From the NCBI GenBank assembly GCA_965203445.1, contig OZ241883.1:64001-128000 (forward strand): a DNA stretch of 64,000 bases, in the 5' to 3' direction. Shown here one piece after another: positions 8,904 to 18,176 of the stretch (positions are counted from its first letter, which is position 1; the number at the start of each line of letters is the position of its first letter). Origin of the DNA: Candidatus Oxydemutator sp. Lineage in GTDB: Bacteria > Pseudomonadota > Gammaproteobacteria > Poriferisulfidales > Oxydemutatoraceae. The notes under the pieces are model-generated. The model saw only the letters and a list, made by a program, of their open reading frames with translations, did no database searches and was not told where the DNA came from. A program made the translations under genes and the position numbers.

Positions 8904-11633
8904 TTATTTCTCATCAATATGTATTTTCCGATAACGCTTCTCAAAGGCCTCTTTACCGCCCTCCATAATATCGCATACTTTTTTCCTGACGTTCCTGTCT
9001 TGCAGGCCACTGCAACATCCCATATGGGTTTCCCCATTCTTTGGTTCCAAAGCAACTACCAGTTCCGCGTCGCCGTTGACCACGATGTTGGCGTTGTGGG
9101 TGACCACGATGACTTGTCTGCGTGTTTTTATTTGCCGCAACTGTTGCACGACCAACCCGTACACCAACTCATTGTCAAGATCATCTTCGGGCTGATCAAG
9201 CAACAGGGGGCCTTCGCCATGAGAGAGCAGAAAAGCCAATAAAGCAGCGTTTTTCTGCCCTGGTGATCCTTCAGCGATGTTTCTTTTGTCAGGACCAAAG
9301 GTGACTTCGAGCGCATCCTCAGGGAACCAGCACTGCAATCTGTCCAATTGTTCTGGTGCCAGTCTTTGCAAGTGTGCCCTGAAACGCTTACCGGCCACGT
9401 ATCCCTCATTTCTCAAAATAGCATGTACCTCTTTTTTCAACCGGCTTATTTTTTGTTCCATGTTGTCGTCCGGCGCGGTTATTATCCTTACCAAGCCTCC
9501 GATGTCCTGTAAAAACGTCTTATCATCACATTGCAGCAGTTCTCTGATCGCTTGTTCCACCTCCGCGTCCGGAGCCGCCATCTCCCGCACCTCCATTTGC
9601 ACGTGCTGATTCTCAGACAAAACGTCTTTTACAAAACTGCTCCTTTTCCGTGTCAAACGACGACGATGAGTTAACATTTTTTCCATGCATTTATCCAGGC
9701 CCTTTTGCACGGAATCCGAACCTTTCAGCCTTGCAATTTCCGTTAAACGTTCTTCCAACTTCCTCCTGTTTCCCACTAGTACACTATACCGAGCAGGATC
9801 GATACCCCTCTCTCGCAGTTCTTCTTTCTTTTCTTTATAACGGACTATATCTTGTTCCATTCTCATCATCCAGGGCGCATTCTTTTTCGTCTGTTCCCAC
9901 CTTGACAAAGCTTTCCGCGCTTCTTCTCTGGCAAGACCCAGCTTCTCTTTCACGCTTGACCAACAGTGATTGATCTCCCGTAACGCCTGCATACAGGCGG
10001 CTTCCGTCTCATCCTGCGGATCGAACAGGTCTTCATTGATCTCGACGGGCCCCACTTCGCCAATATTCTTCTGGATCCCGGCTGCCATCTCTTCCCATTC
10101 TCTCTGCAAAGTCTGCGTCTCTTCCACCTGATCTCTGCGACGCTGGTACAGTCTCAAAAGCTCGGAATAATCAGACTTCTCTATCTGTCTTAAATGCCGT
10201 CGGGTCTCATCCAGTTCTCCTCGCAACCGAGTTTCCTGACTCAACTCCTCGTCAATTCGCCGTTTTTCTCTGGACAATTCACAGTATTTTCTCTCAAGCG
10301 CGGCTTTCTCTTCTTGCCACGCCTTACTATCCATGTCAGACGAATTATCAATAATTCCCAACAATCCTTGCGGGTCACCGGCAAGAGTATATATTTGCTT
10401 TTGGCTGAATATGCTGACGGGAAACAAACCAGACACCTCTCCTTCATAAGGCTGCCATTCACCCTGCTCTTGTTTCTCAGCGTACGGAACATCTTCTTCT
10501 GAGGACCAGCATAAGCGGAAGCGTTCCTCCCCCTTGCGATACACCAATTTAATATCTGTTTTTTCGGTTAACACGCCGTCATCTCCACGCCCCCCGTAAA
10601 TACGGCTATATCTCTCTATATCACCGCGCAAAGTTTCGGGAACATCGCCATCTTTCTGCATAACCAAGCGCATGAATTCGATCAGGGTTGATTTGCCGCT
10701 ACCGCGACCGCCGATGACGGCGTTCAGAAATGGATTCCACTGACATTCAAAAGAACTACTTCTGCCAATGTATTTCGATTTATTCACGCGTAGAGATTCA
10801 ATCACGTATCCCGCACGTTTATTGGGATTTTCATTAGTGCCGTCGCTCCGTTGCACGGACGTTGGGTTTCCATCCAGTAACGCAAGCCGTATTCCCTCCA
10901 GAGTCGGCTCATCCATCTTAATCCAGGTGTAATGGCTACCAGGAAAAGAGCCGCCGGTTGTGGAACTCTCCCGGTGGTGGCTATCTGATCCCAATACTTC
11001 AGTCCAGCGAACCTTTTCACCCTGATACAACCCGGGCTTCGAATAGTTTGGGTCTTTCAATTCGATAGCGATTATATTTTCGTTGCGCAGTACTTCTCTA
11101 AGAGTGCTGCCACGGTTACGCAATTCCTCAAGTAAGCCCTTTGGTCCATCCGCATGTGCTGGGATAGCAATACCATTTGCTTCCTTAATGGCATCAACGA
11201 CTTCATTGATAGGCTTCCTCGTTTCAGTCCCACTTTCCCCTCGTCTGTTCGGGTAGTACTCAACGGCACCTAATAAGCGAGCAATGTCACTTGTCTTTGT
11301 TTCTTTGTCAAAAATCGCCAATACGTGAACTCCCCCATGAACCGAAATCTCAACACCTGGAAACAAATGCAACGGACGGTACCCATCTGGTTCTTCCGTC
11401 TCTAATGCATGCAAAGCATCTTGCAGTTTGTCTATCCATTCACCACTGTCATGATCAGTCACAGCCACACAATCAATGTCCGCCCGCATGTAATCCAGTA
11501 ACCAGTCGCGCGGAGCAATCATCCTCGTTTCAGCTTGCCGCGGCCCCTTCCCGTAATCCGGCGAGGCCGGCGTGTGGGTATGAAAATCAAACTGCCACCA
11601 ACGGGCGCCGGACCAATTCCAATCGGTGCTCAT
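8904..11633 (-). CDS. PHP-domain + ABC/SMC-type ATPase (Ppl / TrlF family), putative anti-phage protein
   Basis: PHP: DFHTHTPAS.D, AVTDHD, GVEI...GVHVLAIF, IPAHAD, GSDSHH; ATPase: GGRGSGKST, coiled coil, GSPGQK, LLLDQPEDDLD, VVTHN; lower GC. Confidence 0.85.
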   Translation of the reverse strand: MSTDWNWSGARWWQFDFHTHTPASPDYGKGPRQAETRMIAPRDWLLDYMRADIDCVAVTDHDSGEWIDKLQDALHALETEEPDGYRPLHLFPGVEISVHGGVHVLAIFDKETKTSDIARLLGAVEYYPNRRGESGTETRKPINEVVDAIKEANGIAIPAHADGPKGLLEELRNRGSTLREVLRNENIIAIELKDPNYSKPGLYQGEKVRWTEVLGSDSHHRESSTTGGSFPGSHYTWIKMDEPTLEGIRLALLDGNPTSVQRSDGTNENPNKRAGYVIESLRVNKSKYIGRSSSFECQWNPFLNAVIGGRGSGKSTLIEFMRLVMQKDGDVPETLRGDIERYSRIYGGRGDDGVLTEKTDIKLVYRKGEERFRLCWSSEEDVPYAEKQEQGEWQPYEGEVSGLFPVSIFSQKQIYTLAGDPQGLLGIIDNSSDMDSKAWQEEKAALERKYCELSREKRRIDEELSQETRLRGELDETRRHLRQIEKSDYSELLRLYQRRRDQVEETQTLQREWEEMAAGIQKNIGEVGPVEINEDLFDPQDETEAACMQALREINHCWSSVKEKLGLAREEARKALSRWEQTKKNAPWMMRMEQDIVRYKEKKEELRERGIDPARYSVLVGNRRKLEERLTEIARLKGSDSVQKGLDKCMEKMLTHRRRLTRKRSSFVKDVLSENQHVQMEVREMAAPDAEVEQAIRELLQCDDKTFLQDIGGLVRIITAPDDNMEQKISRLKKEVHAILRNEGYVAGKRFRAHLQRLAPEQLDRLQCWFPEDALEVTFGPDKRNIAEGSPGQKNAALLAFLLSHGEGPLLLDQPEDDLDNELVYGLVVQQLRQIKTRRQVIVVTHNANIVVNGDAELVVALEPKNGETHMGCCSGLQDRNVRKKVCDIMEGGKEAFEKRYRKIHIDEK

Positions 11634-11659
11634 GCTTCCAATTCTACACTGCTCGACTG

Positions 11660-13087
11660 CTATTGCGGCCGGTTTGGGCCGCACGAACGCACACCATTCG
11701 CAGACACGGGACTGTTATGAGCGCCGGCCTTGGCCGTCCTTGCCCTCGTATCCAGATCGGTGAAGAGATCGTCCGGCAGTTTTTCGCCGGTTTGCGGGTG
11801 GCGCAACGTGCGCTTGAGGACGAAGTCGAACAGCAGCGGGTTGTAGCCGTAAATCTCGTCGAGCCATTGCTGCTCGTCGTCGGTGATCATCGCGTGCGCG
11901 GCAAGCGCCTTGGTCGGGTTGAAAAACGCAATCGCCGGAACCGGATAATCGCTGCCGTTCAGCATCCGTCGGTGCAGCGCGCCCACCGGGCGCGTCCCTT
12001 CGATCACTCGCACCATCAGTTTGCGCGAGTCGCCGGACAACAGGCCGCCCATCACCATGACCGAGATCTCGCCGAACAGCAGGCCTTCGTATTCCGGCAT
12101 CCCCATCAGCTCGATGAAATCGTTGAAATACGGCTCCCCGGTATCCGGGTTTTCGCCGCGACGGGCGCCGTGCAACGCGACCGCGGTCACGCCGCAATCG
12201 AGCGCCTTGCGCAGGCTGCGCGGATCGCCCAGGCGCTGGTAGCTTCCATCCGGCGTCCGCAGGACGTACTCGTGTCCGGTGTGCACCAGCAACGCGACGC
12301 CGTTTTCGGCCAGCGCGCGGTAGTTGTGCGCGGAAACTTTCTCGAGGTCCATGCCCATCGAGGGCGGCAGCCATTTGAGATAGCGCACGCCGAGCGCGGC
12401 GAGACGCTCGATGCGGGGCTGAAAATCCTTGCGGTACGGGTGCACCGACGCCACCGGCACGACGCGCACGCGGTTGCTGCTCTTGTCGTCAAGGGCAGGC
12501 GCGGCCGCCTGCTCCAGCGCGCGGTTCATCCGCGCCGCCAACCCGATCACGTAGTCGTCGGGCACGTACAGGTCGGTGTATTCCGGCAACGCGCGGCCTT
12601 GCTCGTCGTGAAAATAGTCGAGCGCGTAGAGATAGAAACGATGCTCGACGGCGCCCGCAAAATACTTGCGCTGCACGTCCTGAAAATGCAGCAGCAGGCG
12701 CAGAAGCCGGTCTTCGTACTGCTGGTCCAGGCGCTCGAAATCATCCACGCCGGAAGCGCTCATGAAAACCCGCGCCTTCAGCCACGACACCGGGCGCAGC
12801 AGACTGTTCATGTCGGGATGGAGATAGGCATCGCGGCCGGCCGCGGACGTGCCGCGCGCGATCGCGTGCAGGTGGTGGTCCGCCAGCACCAGAGTTCCAG
12901 CGTCGGCGCCCGCGCCCGCGTCGTCGAAAGCAAACGCCTCCGCCAACAGCCTCTTCGCGCCGGCGCCGACGTTCGCCTCCATCTGCGACGGCTCGCCGCG
13001 AAAATCCCCGCCTATGGACGAAAACGAACACCCGGCCAAACACCCGACGCCCGCCAACACAACCGCAAACCGAATGGATTTATTCAT
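11660..13087 (-). CDS. Amidohydrolase-family (TIM barrel metallo-hydrolase) lipoprotein
   Basis: Lipobox LAGC; DHHLH, LKWLP, VHTGHE, ALHGA, GSDYP metal-ligand motifs. Confidence 0.75.
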   Translation of the reverse strand: MNKSIRFAVVLAGVGCLAGCSFSSIGGDFRGEPSQMEANVGAGAKRLLAEAFAFDDAGAGADAGTLVLADHHLHAIARGTSAAGRDAYLHPDMNSLLRPVSWLKARVFMSASGVDDFERLDQQYEDRLLRLLLHFQDVQRKYFAGAVEHRFYLYALDYFHDEQGRALPEYTDLYVPDDYVIGLAARMNRALEQAAAPALDDKSSNRVRVVPVASVHPYRKDFQPRIERLAALGVRYLKWLPPSMGMDLEKVSAHNYRALAENGVALLVHTGHEYVLRTPDGSYQRLGDPRSLRKALDCGVTAVALHGARRGENPDTGEPYFNDFIELMGMPEYEGLLFGEISVMVMGGLLSGDSRKLMVRVIEGTRPVGALHRRMLNGSDYPVPAIAFFNPTKALAAHAMITDDEQQWLDEIYGYNPLLFDFVLKRTLRHPQTGEKLPDDLFTDLDTRARTAKAGAHNSPVSANGVRSCGPNRPQ

Positions 13088-14114
13088 TTTCTTTTACCAC
13101 GTCGCAATGCAACCCTGTCCCTCCGGGAGAGGGAGAATAATTCGTCCGTTCGCGTGGCGTGTTTCTTTCCCGGAAGACGCCGTCCGCGTAACCCTGCACG
13201 CTTTTGTCGTAGCGCGCCCTCTCCAGGCGCTTTTCGGCCAGACAGCAATAATACTCATCAATCTCTACGCCGACGTAGCGGCGGCCCAATTTGGCCGCGA
13301 CCACCGAAGTCGTGCCGGAACCTGCGAACGGGTCGAACACGACGTCGTTCGGTTTCGAGCTTGCCAGAATAATTTTGGCGAGGAGTTTTTCCGGCTTCTG
13401 CGTCGGGTGGTCGGTATTCTCCGGCATGGACCAGAACGGAACCGTGACGTCGGTCCAGACGTTGGAGGGATGGGTGGCGCGGTATTTCCCGCCGCCTTCG
13501 TCCCGCCAGTCCTTCGGCCTGCCGTTCGCGTCCCTGTACGGTGCCACGACCTTGCGCCTTATTTTTACCGCCTCGACGTCAAAATAATAGTCTTTCGACA
13601 GGGTGCAAAACCAGATGTCCTCGGAGCAATTTTTCCAGTTGGATTTCGCGCCGCACCCTTTCTCCCTCTCAAAAGTAATCCGGTTTTGAATCTGAAAATA
13701 GCGGCGCGCGACGTTGCATATCGCGGCGCCCGAGCGCCAGTCGCCGCACAGATAGATCGAGGCGCGCGGCTGCATCAGGCGAACGATTTTTTGCATCCAG
13801 GAATCCAGCCATTCTTCGTATCGCTCCCATTCCATGGCCTGGAACGAGGCCGCGCCAAACGTCTTGGTCAGATTGTACGGGGGATCAACAAAAACAAGAT
13901 CGGCAAACGCATCCGGCAGACGTTCCAATGCCTCGAAAATATCCTGATGTATCGTCTTGTTTTCGATCACGTCCAAAGACGCCGGCCCTTTCAGCGTGAT
14001 CAAGCGCTTTTTGAGCAGTGCTACGTCGGTATCGTCCAACGTCAGCGTGCGGTTGCCCGGCGCCCGTTGTTTGTCCGCCGATTGTTTCGTCAGTTGTTCC
14101 GTCAGTGGTTTCAT
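13080..14114 (-). CDS. Site-specific DNA methyltransferase (N4-C/N6-A, beta class), orphan
   Basis: DPPY precedes HPTQKP and DPFAGSGTT; GVEID. Confidence 0.9.
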   Translation of the reverse strand: MKPLTEQLTKQSADKQRAPGNRTLTLDDTDVALLKKRLITLKGPASLDVIENKTIHQDIFEALERLPDAFADLVFVDPPYNLTKTFGAASFQAMEWERYEEWLDSWMQKIVRLMQPRASIYLCGDWRSGAAICNVARRYFQIQNRITFEREKGCGAKSNWKNCSEDIWFCTLSKDYYFDVEAVKIRRKVVAPYRDANGRPKDWRDEGGGKYRATHPSNVWTDVTVPFWSMPENTDHPTQKPEKLLAKIILASSKPNDVVFDPFAGSGTTSVVAAKLGRRYVGVEIDEYYCCLAEKRLERARYDKSVQGYADGVFRERNTPRERTNYSPSPGGTGLHCDVVKENE

Positions 14115-14138
14115 CAAAAGTCTGGCGCCCGCGCCTGA

Positions 14139-14214
14139 TGGTGCCGGGGAGAGGAATCGAACCCCCAACCTTCGCATTACAAATGCGCTGCACTACCGAT
14201 TGTGCTACCCCGGC
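14139..14214 (-). tRNA. tRNA-Thr(TGT)
   Basis: GCCGGGGTAGCACAATCGGTAGTGCAGCGCATTTGTAATGCGAAGGTTGGGGGTTCGATTCCTCTCCCCGGCACCA; 76 nt, anticodon loop TTTGTAA, encoded CCA. Confidence 0.95.
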
Positions 14215-14251
14215 CAGGCCGCGACGATGCGCCGGGACGCATTATAGAGGG

Positions 14252-14923
14252 TCAAACCGGGTTGCGCAGATAGACCGGCAGCGCGCGCGCGGCTTCCACG
14301 GTCTCGCAGCCGTTGCCGGCCAGCGCGAGTTTGAGCATGGCCGCGGCCGCGGGCCGCAGGTCGCCGTCGCAGACGGTCGGCGCGGCGCCTAATGCCTCGA
14401 TCATCTCGTCGCGGTACAGGTGCCACGCCGAACCGGCGCCGACGCCGCGAAAGTCGCGCGCCGGCGGCAACTTTGCGGGTGCCGCCAGCCCCTCTGCCGC
14501 GGCCGGGGCGGCCAAGCCGTCGTCGTCTTTGACGAAGCGCCCGTAGTACACCTCGCCCATGCGCGCGTCCATGGCCGCGAACACCTCGGCGGCGGCGTGG
14601 CGCTCGATGGCCACCTGCGCGAGCGCCTGCAAATCGGATACCGGCACCACCGGAAGACCACGCGCGTAAGCCACGCTTTGGGCGACCGCGGCCGCGACGC
14701 GCACGCCGGTAAAGGCGCCCGGCCCCCTGCCGAAAACCAGCGCGTCGAGTTGGCCGAGACCGACGCCGGCCTCATGAAACAACGCCTCGCACATCTCGAA
14801 GATCAGCACGTTGTGGCGGCGCGGCGCAATCGCAAAACGCCGGTAGATCCTGCCGTCGCAACCGAGCGCCGCCGAACACGCCTCGGTGGCGGTGTCGACC
14901 GCAAGCACGTGAAATCGTCCCAC
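14252..14923 (-). CDS. tsaB: tRNA threonylcarbamoyladenosine biosynthesis protein TsaB
   Basis: LAVDTATEACSAAL, GRGPGAFTGVR, MDARMGEVY, PVYLR. Confidence 0.93.
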   Translation of the reverse strand: MGRFHVLAVDTATEACSAALGCDGRIYRRFAIAPRRHNVLIFEMCEALFHEAGVGLGQLDALVFGRGPGAFTGVRVAAAVAQSVAYARGLPVVPVSDLQALAQVAIERHAAAEVFAAMDARMGEVYYGRFVKDDDGLAAPAAAEGLAAPAKLPPARDFRGVGAGSAWHLYRDEMIEALGAAPTVCDGDLRPAAAAMLKLALAGNGCETVEAARALPVYLRNPV

Positions 14924-14945
14924 GTCGGTTCTTACCGGGCGGTTC

Positions 14946-16889
14946 CTACTGGAAGTAGCCCCGCAGCGGCGCCAGTTCCCGAAACACTTTCATCGGCGGC
15001 AGGCTGTCGAGAAAAATCCGTCCGTACGGTCTGGTGGTCACGCGGCAATCGCCGATGACGATGACGCCCGAATCGGCGGCGTCGCGGATCAGGCGACCGA
15101 CGCCCTGGCGCAACGCGAGCACCGCCTCCGGCAGCGTGTTCTCGACGAAGTAGTTGCGTTCCTGCTCGCGCGCACGCGCGATCTTTGCCTGCACCACCGG
15201 GTCGCCCGGCGATGCGAACGGCAGGCGGTCTATGACCACGCAACTCAATGCCGCGCCCTTGACGTCCACGCCCTCCCAGAAACTGTTGGTGCCGAGCAGC
15301 AGCCGGCCGCGCCCGTCGCCAAAGCGCCTGATCAGTTCCATCTTCGGCGCGCTCCCCTGCACCAGCAGTTGCCACGCGGTGTTTTCGTCCAGCCATTCGG
15401 CGGCGCGCCTCAGCGCGTGGTGACTGGTGAACAGCAGGAAAGCGCGCCCGTTCGACGCCGCCAGCAGCGGTTCGACGGCGCCCAACAGTTTGTCCGTATA
15501 GCGCTCGTTGTTCGGTTCGGGCAGGCCCCGCGGCAAATAAAGCGCGGCCTGCTCGCGGTAGTCGAACGGGCTGTCGAAGGCCGCCTGGGCGCCGTCGGCG
15601 GCCAGCCCCAACTCGGACCGAAAATGCGTGAAATCGTCGCCGACGGCGATGGTCGCCGACGTATAGATCCAGTTCGCGTCGTACAGGCGGGTCTTTTCGG
15701 ACAACAACGCGGACACGTCGCACGGGGAAAGATACAGTTGAAACGAGCGCCGCACGTGCGAAAACCACGCGACGAGACCGTCGTCGCCGACGTCGCCGAG
15801 CGCGCGCTCGAAATCATCGTCGAGCGCGGCGACGCGCTGCCACAGGCTCGCCCAATGCTCCGACAACGCGCGCAACGGCTTCAAATGCGACACCAACGCC
15901 TGGTGCGCGTCGGCGAGCGCCCGGCGCCTCTCGTCGAACTTCTTCACTGCCTTCAGCACGGCGACGGGGCCGCGCTCCGGCAGCCTTGCGAACAGATGCG
16001 TGAACGCCCCGAGCGCGTCGCGGCATTGCCCGAGGCACTTTTGCCGGCGCGCGTCGTCGCGCGTGTCGTCCCGTTTTTCCGCCTTCGCCGCGATCTCGCA
16101 ATCGCGCAGCAGATCGTGCCACCGGCGGCTCGTCAGGCGTTCGGTAAAATTGCGCTCGGCGACGCCCTTGAATTGGTGCGCCTCGTCCACGACGATGACG
16201 TCGGTACCCGGCAGCAGTTCCATGAACCCCTCCTCCTTCAACGCCATGTCGGCCATCAGCAGGTGGTGGTTGACGACGACGAGATCGGCGCGCGCGGCCC
16301 TCTGCCGCGCCTTGGCGACGAAGCACGGACGGTAGTGCGGGCAGTTCGCGCCGAGGCAACTGTCCGGCGTCGACAGCACCAGCGGCCACGTCGGATCGTC
16401 TTCGGCGACCTCCTTCAGCGTATGAACGTCGCCGTCGTCGGTCTCGCGCGACCAGCGCCGGATGAGCTCGACGCTGCCGGCGTCCGCCTCCAACGTCGGC
16501 GTTTGCGTCAGGTACTCGAGGCGCTCGAGACACAGGTAATTGGCGCGCCCCTTCAACAGCGCGGTCTTTATCGTGGCGCCAAGCGCCTTACGCACGACCG
16601 GCAAATCCTTGTAATAGATCTGATCCTGCAAGTGGCGCGTCGCGGTCGAGATGATCGTGCGGCGCCCGGACAACACCGCCGGCACCAGATAGGCGAAGGT
16701 CTTGCCGATTCCGGTGCCGGCCTCGACCACGAGGTCGTCGCGGCCCGCGACGGCGGCGGCGACCCGCGCCGTCATCTCCAGTTGCTGGCGGCGCTCGCCG
16801 TAGCCTTCGATCAGACGCGCGAACGGCCCGCGCACGGACAGCAGACCGGCGCAGCGGCGCGCGAAATCCTTCGTCGGGGCGTGGTTCAT
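14946..16889 (-). CDS. DinG/YoaA family ATP-dependent DNA helicase (Fe-S)
   Basis: EAGTGIGKT, LKGRANYLC, C-x4-C-x5-C cluster, VDEAH, SATI, FWEGVDV, QGVGRLIR. Confidence 0.93.
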   Translation of the reverse strand: MNHAPTKDFARRCAGLLSVRGPFARLIEGYGERRQQLEMTARVAAAVAGRDDLVVEAGTGIGKTFAYLVPAVLSGRRTIISTATRHLQDQIYYKDLPVVRKALGATIKTALLKGRANYLCLERLEYLTQTPTLEADAGSVELIRRWSRETDDGDVHTLKEVAEDDPTWPLVLSTPDSCLGANCPHYRPCFVAKARQRAARADLVVVNHHLLMADMALKEEGFMELLPGTDVIVVDEAHQFKGVAERNFTERLTSRRWHDLLRDCEIAAKAEKRDDTRDDARRQKCLGQCRDALGAFTHLFARLPERGPVAVLKAVKKFDERRRALADAHQALVSHLKPLRALSEHWASLWQRVAALDDDFERALGDVGDDGLVAWFSHVRRSFQLYLSPCDVSALLSEKTRLYDANWIYTSATIAVGDDFTHFRSELGLAADGAQAAFDSPFDYREQAALYLPRGLPEPNNERYTDKLLGAVEPLLAASNGRAFLLFTSHHALRRAAEWLDENTAWQLLVQGSAPKMELIRRFGDGRGRLLLGTNSFWEGVDVKGAALSCVVIDRLPFASPGDPVVQAKIARAREQERNYFVENTLPEAVLALRQGVGRLIRDAADSGVIVIGDCRVTTRPYGRIFLDSLPPMKVFRELAPLRGYFQ

Positions 16890-16912
16890 CGAATTTGGGC
16901 AACCCCCTGTTT

Positions 16913-17887
16913 TCATTGCGACCATTGCGATAGTTTTACCGGATGGATGTACAACGTGCCTTCAGGCCAGTTGGCCAACAACTTCCCGAGCTGCATCCCG
17001 TATTGTTCAGCAAACCGCCCCTGCTCTTCGCTTTCCCACATTGCCTTTCCCCACGATGAAATGTCTCCTTGCGTAATAATCTCTCCAGGTTCGGCGCACA
17101 TCATCAACGAGGTCGGCAACGCTATTTCCACAAATAAATTGCCCGAGGCGAAAATCCCGCAGTAGTGAGCGAATTGTCTTATGTGCTTCGAGGATACAAT
17201 GCAGATATCCGAATAACCACGAATAAAAGGCAAACGCGGGACATATGTGCGGTTGAGTCGTTTGAGGTACGCGACTAGAAACCTCGCTCCTAATAGACGG
17301 AGAGTTCTCCTAATATCGGTTATATCTCTCCACCCGAACGATTGAGTCAACCAATACATGAGAGGCCTGTTAAGGTAATAGGTTGGTATCGGTTTTATTG
17401 TCAATCCCAGATTCTCAAATCTTTTCAGGGTCTCATCATAAGTGGGAAGTAGATCTTCTACCTGAAAGTTATTGCTCCATGTGAGAACCCCCCGCGTGTG
17501 AGTCCAAAGGTCTGCTTGATGCAGAAGCCTAAATCCAGGAAGAAAAGACTTGGCTCTGTCACCACCCAATCCGAAATGCTCCATATAATTCCCTTCGTTG
17601 ATCATCGGATTCAACACCAGATCATCTGCGATGAACAGGTAATGCCGATGTTTCTCCGCAAAGTATTGATTGTATCCTTGAGCTATGTGTCCTTGAAAGG
17701 AATAAGAATCTTCATAAACGGGGATCACGTTCTCACCCCCCCCCCCCCCCCCCCCCCCTTCATGGAAAGGCATCAGGTGATAGACATGCGAAAACCTGCC
17801 GCGATACAGGTTCTCCAGCTTTTCCACGTTGGCGCTGTGGCGGTGGTTGTAAATGACAACCAGGCAGACGCTGCCGCTCATCTGCAT
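16913..17887 (-). CDS. Putative glycosyltransferase (DUF288/STELLO-like), copy B, with poly-G tract
   Basis: LVVIYNH...LENLY..RF, YLFIADDLVLN, GYSDI, FVEIALPT, HPVKLS; lower GC; ATG overlaps upstream TGA. Confidence 0.6.
   Translation of the reverse strand: MQMSGSVCLVVIYNHRHSANVEKLENLYRGRFSHVYHLMPFHEGGGGGGGGENVIPVYEDSYSFQGHIAQGYNQYFAEKHRHYLFIADDLVLNPMINEGNYMEHFGLGGDRAKSFLPGFRLLHQADLWTHTRGVLTWSNNFQVEDLLPTYDETLKRFENLGLTIKPIPTYYLNRPLMYWLTQSFGWRDITDIRRTLRLLGARFLVAYLKRLNRTYVPRLPFIRGYSDICIVSSKHIRQFAHYCGIFASGNLFVEIALPTSLMMCAEPGEIITQGDISSWGKAMWESEEQGRFAEQYGMQLGKLLANWPEGTLYIHPVKLSQWSQ
17736..17758 (-). repeat. 23-nt homopolymer (poly-G on the coding strand)
   Basis: C23 on + strand, currently in frame (encodes Gly8); the paralog has only 7 C at this site. 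Confidence 0.85.
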
Positions 17888-18153
17888 CACGTCCCCGCCC
17901 GCCCGGAAGGAAAGATGATCGTGCGGCGTCCGGACGACACCGCCGGCACCAGATAGGCGAAGGTCTTGCCGATTCCGGTGCCGGCCTCGACCACGAGGTC
18001 GTCGCGGCCCGCGACGGCGGCGGCGACCCGCGCCGTCATCTCCAGCTGCTGGCGGCGCTCGCCGTAGCCTTCGATCAGACGCGCGAACGGCCCGCGCACG
18101 GACAGCAGACCGGCGCAGCGGCGCGCGAAATCCTTCGTCGGGGCGTGGTTCAT
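17887..18153 (-). pseudogene. Truncated duplicate of the dinG 5' end fused to the last codons of ispF
   Basis: MNHAPTKDFARR...EAGTGIGKTFAYLVPAV.SGRRTII then FPSGRAGT*, the IspF C-terminus. Confidence 0.85.
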
Positions 18154-18176
18154 CGAATTTGGGCAACCCCCTGTTT

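Noticed and set aside
11291-13372. Long alternative-frame ORFs here and elsewhere (e.g. 15369..17165, 26002..27930, 31852..33651, 54842..57109)
   Set aside because: Shadow ORFs expected at high GC; each overlaps a well-supported gene and lacks motifs.
7650-14214. Prophage or integrative element at tRNA-Thr
   Set aside because: No integrase, phage genes or duplicated tRNA 3' end (att) seen.
16913-18166. ORF-track N-terminal extensions of the GT genes (417 and 457 aa)
   Set aside because: The extensions are alternative frames of dinG'/ispF; homology between the paralogs starts at M.M.GSVCLVV.
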